From the NCBI GenBank assembly GCA_021613535.1, contig CP075495.1, positions 15,004,001 through 15,068,000 on the forward strand: a stretch of 64,000 nucleotides of DNA, written 5' to 3'. Origin of the DNA: Adineta vaga. Taxonomy: Eukaryota > Animalia > Rotifera. The position numbers and the translations under genes were made by a program. Each line of letters begins with the position of its first letter. The stretch's first letter is position 1. This document shows positions 23,808 through 38,047 of the stretch, piece after piece. Under the pieces are notes generated by a model, which was not told the origin of the DNA, made no database searches, and saw nothing but the letters and a program-made list of their open reading frames with translations.

Positions 23808-25853
23808 ATGTTATCAAAGGTAAAGACGTCGTGGAAAGTCAAACTAGCAAAACACTCATTGAGTAAACGAAATCGATTGAATAGACAATCTTTTGATGAT
23901 AATCAAGAACAAGAACGAAAAGAGGATGATAATGAAGAAGATATTACATTGATTTGGATAAGCAAGAATGAAGTAGATCAATCAATAATTTCATCTCTTC
24001 GAAATTCAATCAATTACATTCAAGTAAAAATTGACAAAGAATTTCAAGATTAAAATCATTGATTTCTTCATATTTAGATTTTTTATGATGAAGACGAAGT
24101 TGTGTCATATGTGGAATCAATTATCGAAGAAAAGATTGTATTAATTCTCGATTATATTTCTGACCATCTTTTGGCAATTTTAGAATCATTAAAACAAGTT
24201 TATGCTGTTTTTCTTTATACATCGATTGCACCGGTTGAGTTACCTTTACAAATAACTAATCATTGTATGACTGAAGGACAATTAATTGATGAAATCAATC
24301 GTGTTTATCATCAATTAAGTAAACAAATGGTGATCTTTTCGATTTATAATCAAAAAAATAAGGAAAAAGCTGATTTAACTCGTGAAGCTGGTTCATTTCT
24401 TTTTTTCCAATTATTCAAAGCCGCATTTACGAAACTTCCTAAAAATTCTGAATCAAAAAAATTACTGATTACTAAATGTCGTCAATACTATGCAAGAAAT
24501 ACGAAAGTACTCGAAGAAATAAAAGATTTTGAAATGAATTATAAATCAAATGATGCATTAGAATGGTTTATAAATAAATCATTTATTTATCGTTTAATTA
24601 ATAAAGCATTACGAACCGAAAATATTCGATCATTATGTTCTTTACATTTTTATATTGGTGATTTATCCAAACAATTAAACAAAGAATTTCATAAATTTAA
24701 AAAACAAAATTCAACATCAATAATTAAATGTTATCGAAGTTTTCAAATTACACGAAATGAAATTCAACATTTTCAATATAATATCGAAAACTTAATCTTA
24801 ACCAATGGATATCTTTCAGCGACACGACGTCAACATGTAAATTCTGATGTTGTCATGAAATCCAATGAAGAGAAAGTCTTATTTGAATATACAATTGATT
24901 TAAATGTCGTTAAATCAATTGTTTTTGCGGATATATCTGAATTTAATCAATTAGATGATGGTGAAAATGACATACTTTTCGATATAGGTACTGTTTTTAA
25001 GATAGATTCATGTACATATGATGAAAAAGACAAACAATGGATTGTAAATGTGCATGCTACTGATGAAGGTGTTGGTATCGCATCGGAATATATTGAATAT
25101 CAAAAATCAAAAATGGTGAATTCAAATTTAATCTTAATGCTTGGCCATTTAATTATTGAAATTGGTGATTACAATAAAGCGGAAAGATATTTCGAAGCGA
25201 TTTTACATTCACCAATACCAAATGATGAAGAAATTTCATGTATTTACTATCATATAGGACGAATTCATCGTTTAAAAGGTGATCATACCCATGCACTTGA
25301 ATATCTTCATCAAGCTTATAGTACACATTCTCAAGCCAAACCATCGCGTTTAGTTAGTGCTGCTAAAGCATTAAATGCAATTGGAATTGTTTATCAAGAA
25401 CAAAATAATACTCAAGAAGCAATTGAAACATTTGAAAATGTTTTAAAAATCTATGCAAAAACTATTCAAGGATATCATCCAGATGTTGCTGGAACATTAA
25501 TCAATCTTGGGAATGTTTATTGTGAACAGGAACAATATTCTGATGCTCTATCTTGTTTTAATCGTGCACAAAGAATCTATGATTCTAATTTACCAGTTAA
25601 TCATCCGAATGTTGCTATGCTTTGGAATAATTTGGGAAATTTATATTATCAACAATTGAAATTAGATTTTGCTTTAGATGCTTATCAACGTGCTTTAGCA
25701 ATTTATGAGAAAATTTTATCTCCTAATCATCCAGATATTGTACGAAATAAACAGAATTTATCTAAAGTACAAACTATGCTTGGTGATCAATCTCAATTGG
25801 ATTTAAAATGGAAATATGGTGGTGTAGATAATAGACAATTTGTTGAAGATTGA
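23808..25853 (+). CDS. Receiver-like + ART-like + TPR protein, copy B
   Basis: Same 2-exon structure as copy A with a few amino-acid substitutions. Confidence 0.85.
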
Positions 25854-26718
25854 TATATTTGTAATTAACGAAAGAAAAGCAATAAAATAAAACGAAGAAC
25901 GTTCCCTAAGAAATATTTATGAGAGTTTAAAATTAATACTCTATAACAAATGTCATTTTTTGTAATTATAATCGATGAAACTTTACTAACTTGTTCGTCA
26001 ATTCAAGTCTCTTGATAACTATTTGATTTCATTTCGTTAAGAATATTCAAATTTTTTCTGTTCGTGATATTGAATAAACACATGACAAGAAGAAATTCAT
26101 TGTAAAGATATATTCGAATCATTATTAGGGCAAGAAATAATTTTGTACCAACTTTGTGAGTCATCGGAGATGTTGGAATCTTCCAAAAATTTCTCTTGAT
26201 AATAACATAATTTTAACGACCTTTGTTCTTTAGATAGAAAGAAGATTTTATCATAAAGATAAGTTCTCAAGTATAAAGTGAAAACTATTTCATCATTCAT
26301 TCAAAGTGAATTTGTCTGCAAATATTAAAGTAAGTTTTACTCTTTTCAATGATATATACGAAATGAACATTTCAAGTTATAAATATTTTGTTTTCATTTC
26401 TTTTTGCTGCTCTGATATTACGATGTATATTGCAGTCTATCCTTATCTTATTATAAAAATTATCAATTTCTTGTTCATTGACAAAGTTTCTGTTATATAA
26501 CTAATCGCTGTATCCAACTTTAATCCTTGATTAGTACGTCAGTGACTTAACATGCGTGATATCCTTAGAAGAAAATGTATTATACATAAGAATATTAATA
26601 ACATTTTTTATCGCTTTGCAATTGTTTTTTAAAGACAATATTAATTGAATTTTATATATTTTATAATGTTTACTGTATTTTACACTTATTGCTTCTTACA
26701 GGTATTTTATTTGATTTA

Positions 26719-28618
26719 ATGGTTCAGTTTACGATCCTTTTCTCAGATGGCAAGACTCAAAAGTATGAAGTCGATGAAGAAGTATGTACAAGTTTAAAAT
26801 ATGTTGACATACACACATAGTTGATTGGTTATTGTACATTGTAGACGACCATTCGACAGTTCAAAGAACGTCTTTACAAAGAACTAAATATACCAGTCGA
26901 GCAACAACGCCTAATATTTAAAGGCGAAGTTTTAGGAGATAATATGAAATTTACTGATATTGGTATGATATTGTTGGTTAAAATTAATTAAAGAGTAGTA
27001 ATTATATATTCAATAGATGCGCAAAATAGTACGATTCATGTTATTGAATGTATCAATTCAATACCATCATCGACAGAAAATGTGGCTACTTCTACAACGA
27101 CTGTTGGAGCATTTGCTTCTGCTAGCAAAGATGATGGTAAAGATGTACGACATAATATTTTTGATGTAGTTTTACTGATAGTATAGAGATTTCATGATAG
27201 CTAAACTATCAAGATGTGAGTTCAAAAGGTTAAAAGAAGAGTTTTGATATGTTGATATTCACATTCTTGCAAGTTTCTTGTTTTGATTAATTGTCGCTGG
27301 AAACTTACATTTTGAACGTCCTTAGTCATTTTTTGTGTCGACTTATCAAGAATTTAAGACGCATGAGAATCATTTTAACTAATTTATTTGATTAATTCAT
27401 AAGTGATCTTCTGATATTTAAAAAAGAACAAGCTCTGTTGAAAGATTATTATTTTAACTTTCCAAACATTGATCATGGCATGACGACAGATTTAGCAGCC
27501 GCAGAAGATTTCACGAAGAAATTACTTGGCGATTTACCTCCAGGAGATTCTGTGAATAAAAGTACTCTTTATCATGTTGTAAATAAATTAATCGGAAATA
27601 AAAATCAGCCATGTCTATTTTATGATTCTTCGAAAGGTATGCGTCTTCATGATACAACTATTCATTTAACGGATATCAATTGTGAAGACAAACCGATTGT
27701 ATTAACATTGAAAAGTTGTTACGGATTACGAGGTTATGAAAATGGTAGAAATGATGTGGAACTCATTCAACTATTAAATAAATACATTAAAAATAACTTT
27801 CCACATTCAATTCTCGATGACATATTAGAACGTTTATCAAAAGCGCATAGCATTGATAAAAATCATGTTTCAATCAAACAGATATTTCTCGGTTCAACCA
27901 ATTAGAGGGTTTATCCAATAGATTAAGAGAACAACCCGATGAATTCGAAAGTGCAAGAATTCACCCACTTCTATATCGGCCATCCTTCGATATCGATTGC
28001 TTCGACGAACGTGGTGATAAATGTTATGATCAGACACAGACCAGTTTTCAAGTAGGTCCACCTCAACGTGAAAAAACTTATAAAACGCCAGTTGGTTGGA
28101 CAAGATTCGGCTTAAAAGTATTGGACAAATACGAAGATCGTACATGGCTACATCCATTTCGTGATCCTGGAAATTGGTACAGAGCTTTCCATGGAACAGG
28201 TCGTGCAACTTCTGCGGATTTCAATAATATAGCAGCTACTTCAAATAATGAATTTGCACCTGTAGATGCTATGGCTAGTATTTTCAGAAATGGATTCCGT
28301 GTGGCTAGAATCGCTGTCTATGGACCAGGAGTTTACTGTTCACCAGATCCAGCATTTCCCGAAAATGGATATGTGGGTATAGTGACAATTCTAACTCAAC
28401 AAGGAGAAAAAAGATTTAAATGTATGTTACAAGTAGCTGTTAATCCCGATGGTTTAACAACTACTAGACATTCAGGAACCTGGGTTGTTCCAAAACCAGA
28501 AAACATTCGACCATATGGTATATTGATTAAGAAAGCAGAAGAAAACGTGCTTCTCCCAGAAAATATTCCTGATCCTTTTATGATTGTCCGGTCAATGTTT
28601 CAACGGCTTTTCGCATAG
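26719..28618 (+). pseudogene. Ubl-ART gene, frameshifted copy B
   Basis: A deletion of about 46 bp at about 27898 relative to copy A (12086-12131) gives an immediate TAG. The ORF is split into 27438-27905 and 28121-28618. Confidence 0.85.
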
Positions 28619-29371
28619 TGCTTAACAAGACAAAATTTGAAGAAGACGATTGACTGCACGATTGCTCCGATGCCTATTTTTGTTTCTAATCCAATAAAAC
28701 ATATAATATAACTGGATATTTTGATCTGAAACTAGCACTGTATTCATGAATGCTTATTTCAACATTAAAATTCGTTAGTAAAGTAGTATACCTATATTCT
28801 GTTCAGAAAACTACGACGGAGAAAAAGGTACACGTGTCTGTTGAATGATGAAGTGGCACACAAACATAAGCACACTTAGATATGAAAGTTCATTGATGTT
28901 GTCGATCATTAAGAAATGCAAATACTTTGTTTTATAGGAGAGCAGATTTGTTTAAAATATATATGTGACTGCCAAAAGATAAAAATCTATTTACTTTTAT
29001 GTCATTTTATAACCATTCAAGGTAAAATTTACAACTGATAGAGATTTTTGATCATAAATAAATTGGAATAAACGAATCTGGACAAATTTTTGCCTTGAGC
29101 TGATGAATTCCAATTACCCTTATCTTTTAGACGAATTAAATGAATCGAGTATTTGCTGTTCTCACCCTATTCGATTGTGAAAGAGATGTTTTTCGATCTG
29201 ATTGCTTTCATCAGAGCCCTGAGACCATAATTAACGCTTTTTTTTCTTTTCTGTTGACAAATGATGTGAAAGAAAAACACGGAAGTAAATGTTTAGAGAA
29301 ATATTTATTTTTGGTCATTTCTTCTTACACATCTACCTTTACTACACACAACGCTAGTTATATAATATAAA

Positions 29372-30007
29372 ATGGTTATAGCAAACGGTCTTTCTATTAT
29401 CTGGCTCGATACACATATCGGAGTAATAGGCGATTATTTAGGTTTCAAAGAACGATTTAAATCTAATCTTCAAGCAATAGCCAACATGCCACCAAATGGA
29501 ATCAATGAACTCATATATTATTTTGAAAACAATGTCGCTCCAATTCATTTTGTATCGACATCCGAGAATGCATTGGCTTTGATTCAATATCATACTGATA
29601 AAAAAATAGTATTTATATCATCCGGTGCACTTGGGAAAGAAATTATTCCTACAATTGTTTCTGATTATCCACGTGTTCAATCTTATTATATTTTTTGTCT
29701 AAATATGGCAATTATGGCTGAATGGGCTTTGGAATCTGATTATGACTCTGTAATGCAAATGTTTGATCATGAAACGGATCTTCTTCTTGCATTGGTTCGT
29801 GATATATCAGTGGATATTATTAAATTAGGACGAAGTTATATGCAAGTCAACGATGGAGAAAACGCTCGTAAATGTTTTGTAACAGCTGAAACATTAGAAA
29901 TGCAAGCAAATGCGATCAATATATGTCGTGCACCACTGATGACTCGTTTACAATTGCTTCAAGGAGAGAATGGACTTATTGCACAAGCACGTCAACTGCA
30001 GCAGTAA
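29372..30007 (+). CDS. Stand-alone receiver-like (CheY-fold-like) protein with a C-terminal TPR-like helix pair, intact copy B
   Basis: 211 aa. IIWLD-x-HIG, KIVFISSGALGKEIIP and YIFC give a beta/alpha pattern like the N-terminus of the ART-TPR protein. The C-terminal LGRSY...ARKCF-x-x-A is TPR-like. Confidence 0.7.
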   Translation: MVIANGLSIIWLDTHIGVIGDYLGFKERFKSNLQAIANMPPNGINELIYYFENNVAPIHFVSTSENALALIQYHTDKKIVFISSGALGKEIIPTIVSDYPRVQSYYIFCLNMAIMAEWALESDYDSVMQMFDHETDLLLALVRDISVDIIKLGRSYMQVNDGENARKCFVTAETLEMQANAINICRAPLMTRLQLLQGENGLIAQARQLQQ

Positions 30008-30533
30008 AACTTGTTATGATCGTACATATAAAAACATAATTTTCCATTAGAATCAGATTTTTCGTGATGTTTTCTGACTACTGCAAGACTATAATTATTG
30101 CATTAAAAAATAAAATGACATGTTGCTCAATCAGTACATTTAATCACAAAAGTGTATTGTACTTTGAGATTTTATGACTCATTCAGTATTATCATACACA
30201 ATTGTCCTTGTATGACGCCAATTAAGCGACGTAATATGACGATGCAAAGAAGAAAAAGGGAGAGAAATTACTGTTTATGTTTTTGTTATACTTGTACTTT
30301 GATATAAATAATGTTACGGATGATCGATCATAATTCAATGATTGCGATAATTATCAACATACAATAGAGCATTTATTTTTGAATCTCATTATTTCACTCG
30401 AATTTATATACGAACGTAAATTAGATCGAAAGGCAAAATTTATCTTCAGCAAGATATACTGTGCATAAGATTATTCTCTCGTTGTTTCATCCAACAGCTG
30501 TGATCTATTTTTAAAATATATTTTATATACATA

Positions 30534-31710
30534 ATGACGTCGAATGATCCAGGACATATAAGTAAATAGACATCATTTTGCGAACTATTTTGTATTCTAA
30601 TATGACAATTATTCTTTAGATAATCTCAGTCGAGCACAAATCAATGCACTTCGACAAGCATGGAAAAGTTTAATTGAAGCTGTAAATAAGGAGATCTCAT
30701 CGGGGAAACATATTGCTGATTCGATCTACGGTGATGAATTATTTCGTGCAATTGGTTATGATAATCCTGATGTTCTTGTTTTACGATGGCTACGTTCTCG
30801 TAAATGGGATGTTCAAGCTTGTGTTCATCAAATTATTGAAACATTGAAATGGCGACGTGATTGGGGTGTTCAAGAACTTGTTGCTAAAGGTGAACGAGCG
30901 ATATCAGAAGAAGAAATTTCAACAAATAAAACATATTTTATGGGTCATGATAAAATGGGTCGACCAGTTTGTTGTATTCATCCAAAAGAACATATCAAAG
31001 GACAATTTCCTCATGAATTTAGTGAACGATTAACTGTTTTTTGTGTTGAAACCTATCGTAAATTACTGCAACCACCTATCGAATCTGTGACAGTTATTTT
31101 TGATATGGCTGAATGTGAAACAAAAAATATGGATTTTCATCAAGTGAAATTTCTTATTCATTTACTTGATAATTATTATCCTGATTCGCTTGCTCTTATT
31201 CTTATTGTCAATTTTCCTTGGCTTCTAGGTAAGAGTTGGACATTGATTAAATCGTGGTTGAATCCAACTGTACAAAAGAAAGTGAAATTTATTCATAGTA
31301 ATGAAGAATTATTTGAATTTATTGATCCATCTGTTCTTCCAAAACGATTAAATGGTACTCAACCAGATTTTAAATATAAGCCACCAACAGACGAAGATAA
31401 TGCCATGTATGCTGCTTTTCGTGCTGATACGGAAGGAAGAACTTTAGCTGAAACAGCTCATCGAGATGCTGTTCGAAATTTTCTAGATTCAACATTACAA
31501 TGGGCAAATGGTGATGAAACTCGTCGAGTATTATCTGAAAAACGAAAAGCACGAAAACAACTTCGAAATGCATTCGAACAACTATCACCTTATATAAGTA
31601 CTCGCACTCACTATCATCGTGTTGGCGTAATTAAAGAACCGATTTTTGAACTTGCCTATGAACGATTAAAACCAAAACAAAATGAACCATTAGGTTTAAC
31701 ATATTTTTAA
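30534..31710 (+). CDS. CRAL-TRIO/Sec14-family protein, copy B
   Basis: Same exon structure as copy A, intact. Confidence 0.9.
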
Positions 31711-34700
31711 ATTATGTTGCTTTTATTTCTGTTGAACATGATTTATTATATTTAAGATGTACAAAATATGATACTGATCTAATAAAATCTACATAGAATT
31801 TTTTAATAGTAAAAGATACTTTTTTTTCTCTGAAGAGACTATTTAACCTAGTCTAAGAGAACATGTGACATGATTTTAAATAACACAAAATAGATGTATA
31901 ATGTATAAAAATACTTGCCGATTTCTGTAAGACAATAATTTCATTGTTTAGTCATATTATTGTTTACACTAATTTAAAGACAATGGCAGTTGATAACACC
32001 ACTATAATTGACTTTTTTTTAGAATATATGCGAAACAAAGAATGTGTTCATATGAAATGCAATCAATATGAAAAGACAATTTAACAGTTTCCTTTCGAGA
32101 ATACCAATTTGTTTTTACTCAATTTTTATTTCTGTTTAATTTCTAGTTTGAGGTACTGTTTTAGTAATTATGATAAAATAATGATAATCATCAAGTCCTA
32201 AGTACGTCGCCTCACTTTATTCAAGACTCAGTAGTCCTTATAGTGGAAAAAGTGAAAAAGTATAATAAATAGATTTACTGAGGAATACTTCGGTTATCAA
32301 AATTTTACTTTATAAAGTAATAATTAATACATATTTGCCACTTTTTTGTTGCTTGCGTAGTTTTGATTCTTGAGGGTGTGGGTGCTGTTATATTACTACT
32401 GATATTATATTTTCTAATTGTAACAATCCTGTGGAAGCCTTTGTATGTCTCGGTACTGTCTCCCTGATCGTGTTATATGTTGTTGAGTTCTGCAAAATGA
32501 AACGTTCTACAAAATTTTGGCATGGCTCTGAACGTGTTCCTGATCCAACATTAGTTGCTGTTTCTAAAAGATTTGCGGTGACGTTGTTTGTAGTCGCACC
32601 ATTATTACATCGAACAGTAAAGTGACAGTAACCACTGGGAAAACAACTCCAAATTATATCGATCACTGCTTACAGTAAATAGAATATTAAAAGCCCTAGA
32701 AAGAGGCAGTTTATAACATATCATAATTGATTGGAATCTTCAAAAACAGCAATAATTTGATTTTTAATCAAAACTATACTCGATTAGGAGATTCTCACCG
32801 ATTGAAAATGACACAAGATAATGTATAATTGTCAGCACTCATCTTTAATAAACGATTCGAAACTCAGTTCTATTATAGACGTGTCAGATGGTTCTGTTTT
32901 ACCGGGTCATCTTTCAGTCGTCTGCCATCCCGCTTCGCTGACATATTTTTCCAATAACAATTTTTCTCCAGATAAAAAAGATTCTGAAATTAGCATATTA
33001 ATTGTGCTTTTCATGTTTCTTATAACTCAGACATAGAAATCTCAAGATTAAAAATATGTTTTTCTAAGTGGGTAGCACATCCACACCCTCACCCATATTG
33101 TGATTTAGAAGAAAACAAGAGAAAAGTAAATAACATACTGCCTTTCAAAAATATATAAATGAAAGATAAAATCGAATTAGTACACATTACTTCAGATTAG
33201 CTCGATCGTCTTTGCTGTGTCATAAATACGGTTTAAATCGAATTGAATAGAAGAATAAGTAGTGGTCAGAAATCTTTATTGTTTTGTTCTCGTCGTCATT
33301 GTTGGTAACAGTTTTGTATCAAAGTTAGTTGGAGTAGGATCGTCGTCAGATTGACATAGTTGTTAGAGAAAAACATTGACTAACAAATCTTTACTCTAGT
33401 AATAAATAGCACATATCTAAACATTCACCTACACACAACTTGCAGAACAAATATACAGAGAATGATTGATTGTGATAAAACAGTAAGAAAGTTCTTTCGT
33501 TCTTTTAGCACACATTCTATACTTTTCCTCGCTCTGTCAGATAAAATGATATTGATATTACCGAAAAGGGAACGGAAAGAAATCAATAGTCGTGTCGTCA
33601 TAGTCGTTTTTTTCTGTTCTTTATTATGTTAAAAATGAAACTGTTGCTTTTCTTGTTTTAATTGAAATCTAACGTAAGAACTGGTATGAATACAATAGAA
33701 TCATACGATGATCTCTTATATCTCAGTCAAAAGTTAGAGAAAAAAAGAGACTTTATTTCAGACGGTAATCAGAGGACTAAAAACTCTACAATGTATAATA
33801 TATGGCAAGAAAATATACTGTTAATGTATTGAAATTTCTTATAATGTGGAACGATCTAAATATGTAGATGTAAAACTAAGTCAAGTCCGTCTGTCTGTCC
33901 TTTTAGAATTAATTTAATCAGTTGGCGTACTTCGCGCACACCCTATTGGCACTGGAATTCGGTTTTCACTTTACTGGTTACACTTGTTTTTATTCTATGC
34001 TAAAATTCTAAAATTTTGAAATAAATCATTCGATTTCTTTTTTGCAAAGTTGTATAAAATAGATTGAATTGAATGAAACTAATCTTGAGGATGATGGTAT
34101 GAGTACGGCGTTTCTGTCCATCTAAAATCTTTACTCAAACACACTCACACCCTCCAGAATATTTATGTACAACGTTTTTATTTGATAATCGGGGAACCGG
34201 AATTGTTATACAAAACCGGCCAGATTTTTTGTCATTTTTTTGGCAGTATTTAACAATTCTTGTCTGCCCGGGTGTACACTGAAGATAAAAAAATGAATTC
34301 TGTTTTCTTTATTTTAAACCTCAAAGTGAAAAATGCGTTCTTTTCCACAACTTATGAAAACAAAAAGTGATTTGAAGAACTACACAAATTTTATTTTAAC
34401 TTAAAAGCATCTTGTGACAAGCAAAACAAAAAGAGTTTAAGAATATTTCATCGTGTAACGATGTTTCTTGTTCAATTCTACATTATGCGAGACTCTTTTC
34501 ACTTGATCAAATTGAAACATCTCTAAATTTGTTTCTTCGATTGCATCCGGATAGTTTTTCTTTTCAAGAAGCTCATTTTGACTAACAATTTACATCAGTT
34601 CCTACAATCCAGGGGTCCCATTAAATCGAATCGTATTTTCTAGAATTTGAATTGTTATTATGTCTGACGTTAAGAGAGGTCACTGGGATTTATTTTATCT

Positions 34701-35827
34701 ATTAAGGATTTATCGAGACTTACTGTTTGTATCAGTATTTCAGGCCATCCTTATCCGTCCGTTCGCCCTTATCTTCGCATACATCTTCACCCATACTGAG
34801 TTCTTATTATCATCAGGAAGTATGTGAGATGTATTTCAAAATGTATAAAGATTTATTAGAAATTTCAAAAACTCAATAATTTTCATAGTAAGAATTCCAG
34901 GAAAACCAAAAAAGCAAAAATTTTGGCGGATGCTTTTTAATGATTGTATGGATCAATTGTAAAGACATGATGTGGAGAATAAAGACCAGCATTAATACCA
35001 ATCACATCTTTTCTTCAAGCAACACAGATCGATAATGCTACAAAAATGTTACTTTTCCTTTTGAATAACGTAAAATTATAACCATTAAAAAATTCTGGAC
35101 CTCTTGTACTATTAAAGAATATCGATTTTTTGACGATAGATGAGCTTTATAGCAAATTGAATAACAACAGAATGCTTTTGTTGACTTCGCGTGAACGTTA
35201 GATTTTGGCTTGTATAAGAGCAAAGTTATGTACCAAAATAAAGTCGATATTATCCTTTTTCGATCGGTTCAGATGTTGCTTCTTCTTCCACAAAAGAAAA
35301 AATGCCGTATTCAGATGAAAATGATGTAGATAATTCAAATGATACGAAGCTAACAGATCGAAACTATCGTCTGTTTATCATTGATTAGTTAGTTAGTTAA
35401 AAGACCTCTACATCAGTTGAATCAACTGATTAAAAGTGGCGCATTGTTCTTTTTTGTTTTTCTTTTATAGTGTCAACTGTTTATTCAAGGTTTGGATATA
35501 TTTCATGATTTTTTTTCAAAAAAAACCTGTAAAATATTCCCTCGATCAACCACTAAACGAATAGCAACTAAGACAACAAATCAAAATACAACGATGAAAT
35601 AAAAGAATGAATTAACTACGTCTTTGTTTTCATCTAACAACACTCACACCTGCGTGCTCATCCACTCTCGATGAAAAATACATTTAAAAAAGAAACGTTT
35701 CTTTTTCTTCTACAAAAACCTTCAAACTTTCGATATAATACATAGAATTTGATTATTTTTTATTCATAAAAGATATTCTTGATTGAAAAGAAAAAAAATG
35801 ACATTCAATAAAAAAAAATTATCTTTC

Positions 35828-37040
35828 TTAATTCGATGGTTCCCACCGAGATTGAACAGAACTTGTACCAAAATAATAAAATCGTTCTTCTCTCTTACTC
35901 CATCGTTTGATCCAACCAAATGGTAGTTGAATACCTGAATCAGGTTCATCAGATGATGATGAAGATCGTCGTTCCACACTGACACAATCATGTGCTTCTT
36001 TCCAATCATCGTCACTGATTCTCAAGTCAATCTATGAAAAAAAAGGAAAACCTCTTCATCATCATCGTCAATATGTTCAATAAGCCAAAGACGTTTGCTT
36101 AAAGCTTGAATTTCTCTTTGTATCAATCGTTGACTTGTATCAGCAATGTATTGTTGAAATTCTGAGTCCAATAAACATTTCAATGGTACAACTTCTAGAA
36201 TATCTTCTGTTTTCTCATATTTCAATAAATGATCAAGATGATCAATAATTCTTTGATTGACAGATGATTTCAATTGATAACAAACGAGAAATCGTTGAGA
36301 AGATGAAGGATCAAGTGTAAATGGACGAAGAATACAAATTGATTTAAATGAATAATAAAGTAAATAAATTAAACCAGTTGTAAAACGTGTTAATGTATCT
36401 GTTAATTTACATATAAAATGACCATTTTCATGAAGTTTCGTCAATGCATTGCGACATGATATTAACATCTGACGTTTGTTATATTTTTCAAGATAACGTT
36501 GATTGATTTTTTGATTGATTGGTAAAATTGAAAGATCAGAACAAAGGAGATGAACTTTCGAATGAATCAAATCAGTTGATGGTTTATATTGAATTGATGA
36601 ACTCATTGGAAACGAGTTTTTCAGATCGGATATGATGAAACCATGAACATTATTTTGTTGTTGCCAAACAAGATATTCAGCAAAACCAGTTAATGATATA
36701 TTATCAATAAGAAATGAAAAAGGAGTTGAATCATTTGATTGTAGTGATGTCTGTTAAAAGAAAAATTAGATTCAGAACATCTTATTATTGTTACTTACTA
36801 ATTTGAAAAGCTTATCGAGTAATGCTAAATGAAATGCTGTTTGAGAATGAATAAAAATAACATCAATATTTCGATAGTTTTCATCTTTATTTAATAATTT
36901 CAGTTGATCAATGATAAATATTTTGGTTTTGAATGAATTGTCTTTGAGAACTTTCTCTAAATATTTTTTACATCTCTTGTACAAGGGTTCTAAATCATCG
37001 AATACTACATATGATGATAATGATCATCGACTAAAATGTT
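35828..37040 (-). pseudogene. 5'-truncated copy of the CMTR gene tail (degenerate CMTR1-like domain + WW)
   Basis: 35880-36790 is nearly identical to 45850-46790, including introns. 36800-37040 is homologous but diverged. There is no catalytic N-terminal domain or G-patch upstream. Confidence 0.8.
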
Positions 37041-37199
37041 TTTATTTTAATTTAATAGCGCTTTATAGTGAGGGGCTATATATATCACATTCGTTCGATA
37101 TTTAACAAGCGAATAGTAAATTTCTTTCGATTATTTCTGTTTTCTTTTCTTTATTTAGTCGTGAGAATTTTCTTTTATAAAAGAATTCGTTGTTATATA

Positions 37200-37874
37200 A
37201 CTAGATCAAATACTCAGAAAGAAATCCACTATGAACAAAGTAAAATAACTATTAAAAGGATAAAACATTTCTCTTTTTATTTTCCATCTAGTTTTCAAGT
37301 GATAATAGTGCGATGTTACTGTTGATACTGATGGTCTTATTGTTGGTGATATTGCTGGTCCTATTACTGGTCATATTGATAGTCATAATGTCGACGATAA
37401 TATTATCAATAAAGGCGACGATGATGATGATGATGAACTATCTTCACAAGTAAGATTTATTTATAAATATACCGTCGAAATGTCTATTTATCTTTTAGGA
37501 AATTTTGTATAAAATCGACATAATTAAAGGAGAAGTACGTAAGCAACAATGAACGAAAAAGATTTATTTTTTTTGTTTAAGATCCAACGTCCAAAAGAAA
37601 AAAAAGGAAGAAGAACATAAAGATTTTATTCAAAAGAAACCGGCACATTTTGAAGAACATCAAAAATTACAACAAGATATTGATACTTCATTTGAAAAGA
37701 AAGGTTCTGTAGATGAGAATCTTAAAATATGGAAAGAAGAATTAAGTAAGTAACGATGATGAAGTTCTTGATTATTATCATTATTATTATGACTGTTTTT
37801 TAGAAACGGCTAACAACAAACTACTCGACATGAAGGAAAATCTATCAAGTACCAAAAATGATAGTGAATCTTGA
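37200..37874 (+). pseudogene. Small multi-exon acidic/coiled-coil gene, probably disrupted
   Basis: A series of about 55-nt GT-AG introns separate exon-like segments (DDDDDELSSQ|EILYKIDIIKGE|...FEEHQKLQQDID...KEEL|..ESstop). There is an apparent frameshift in an A-run near 37600. Confidence 0.35.
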
Positions 37875-38047
37875 CTATATTTAATTGCACATTGAAAGAT
37901 TGGATATTTCAATCAGATGTTCTTCTCTTTCATTGTTAAATATTCATTTTAAAATAAAGTTTTAAGTTTTATCAACATGATATGCAACTTTTTACATTAC
38001 GAAATCTCTTTCCCGTTTTCGTTTATATTGAATAGATCAGAATAGAA

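Larger units (their letters stand above)
18399..33978 (+). repeat. Tandem segmental duplication, copy B (about 15.6 kb)
   Basis: Colinear copy of 2594-18398, joined head-to-tail at a single shared T. Confidence 0.95.

Noticed and set aside
34188-34930. Possible DNA-transposon remnant with loose inverted ends
   Set aside because: Could not define convincing TIRs or a TSD.
34930-35340. Coding-like decayed segment on the minus strand
   Set aside because: Multiple stops in the frames examined and no identifiable family.
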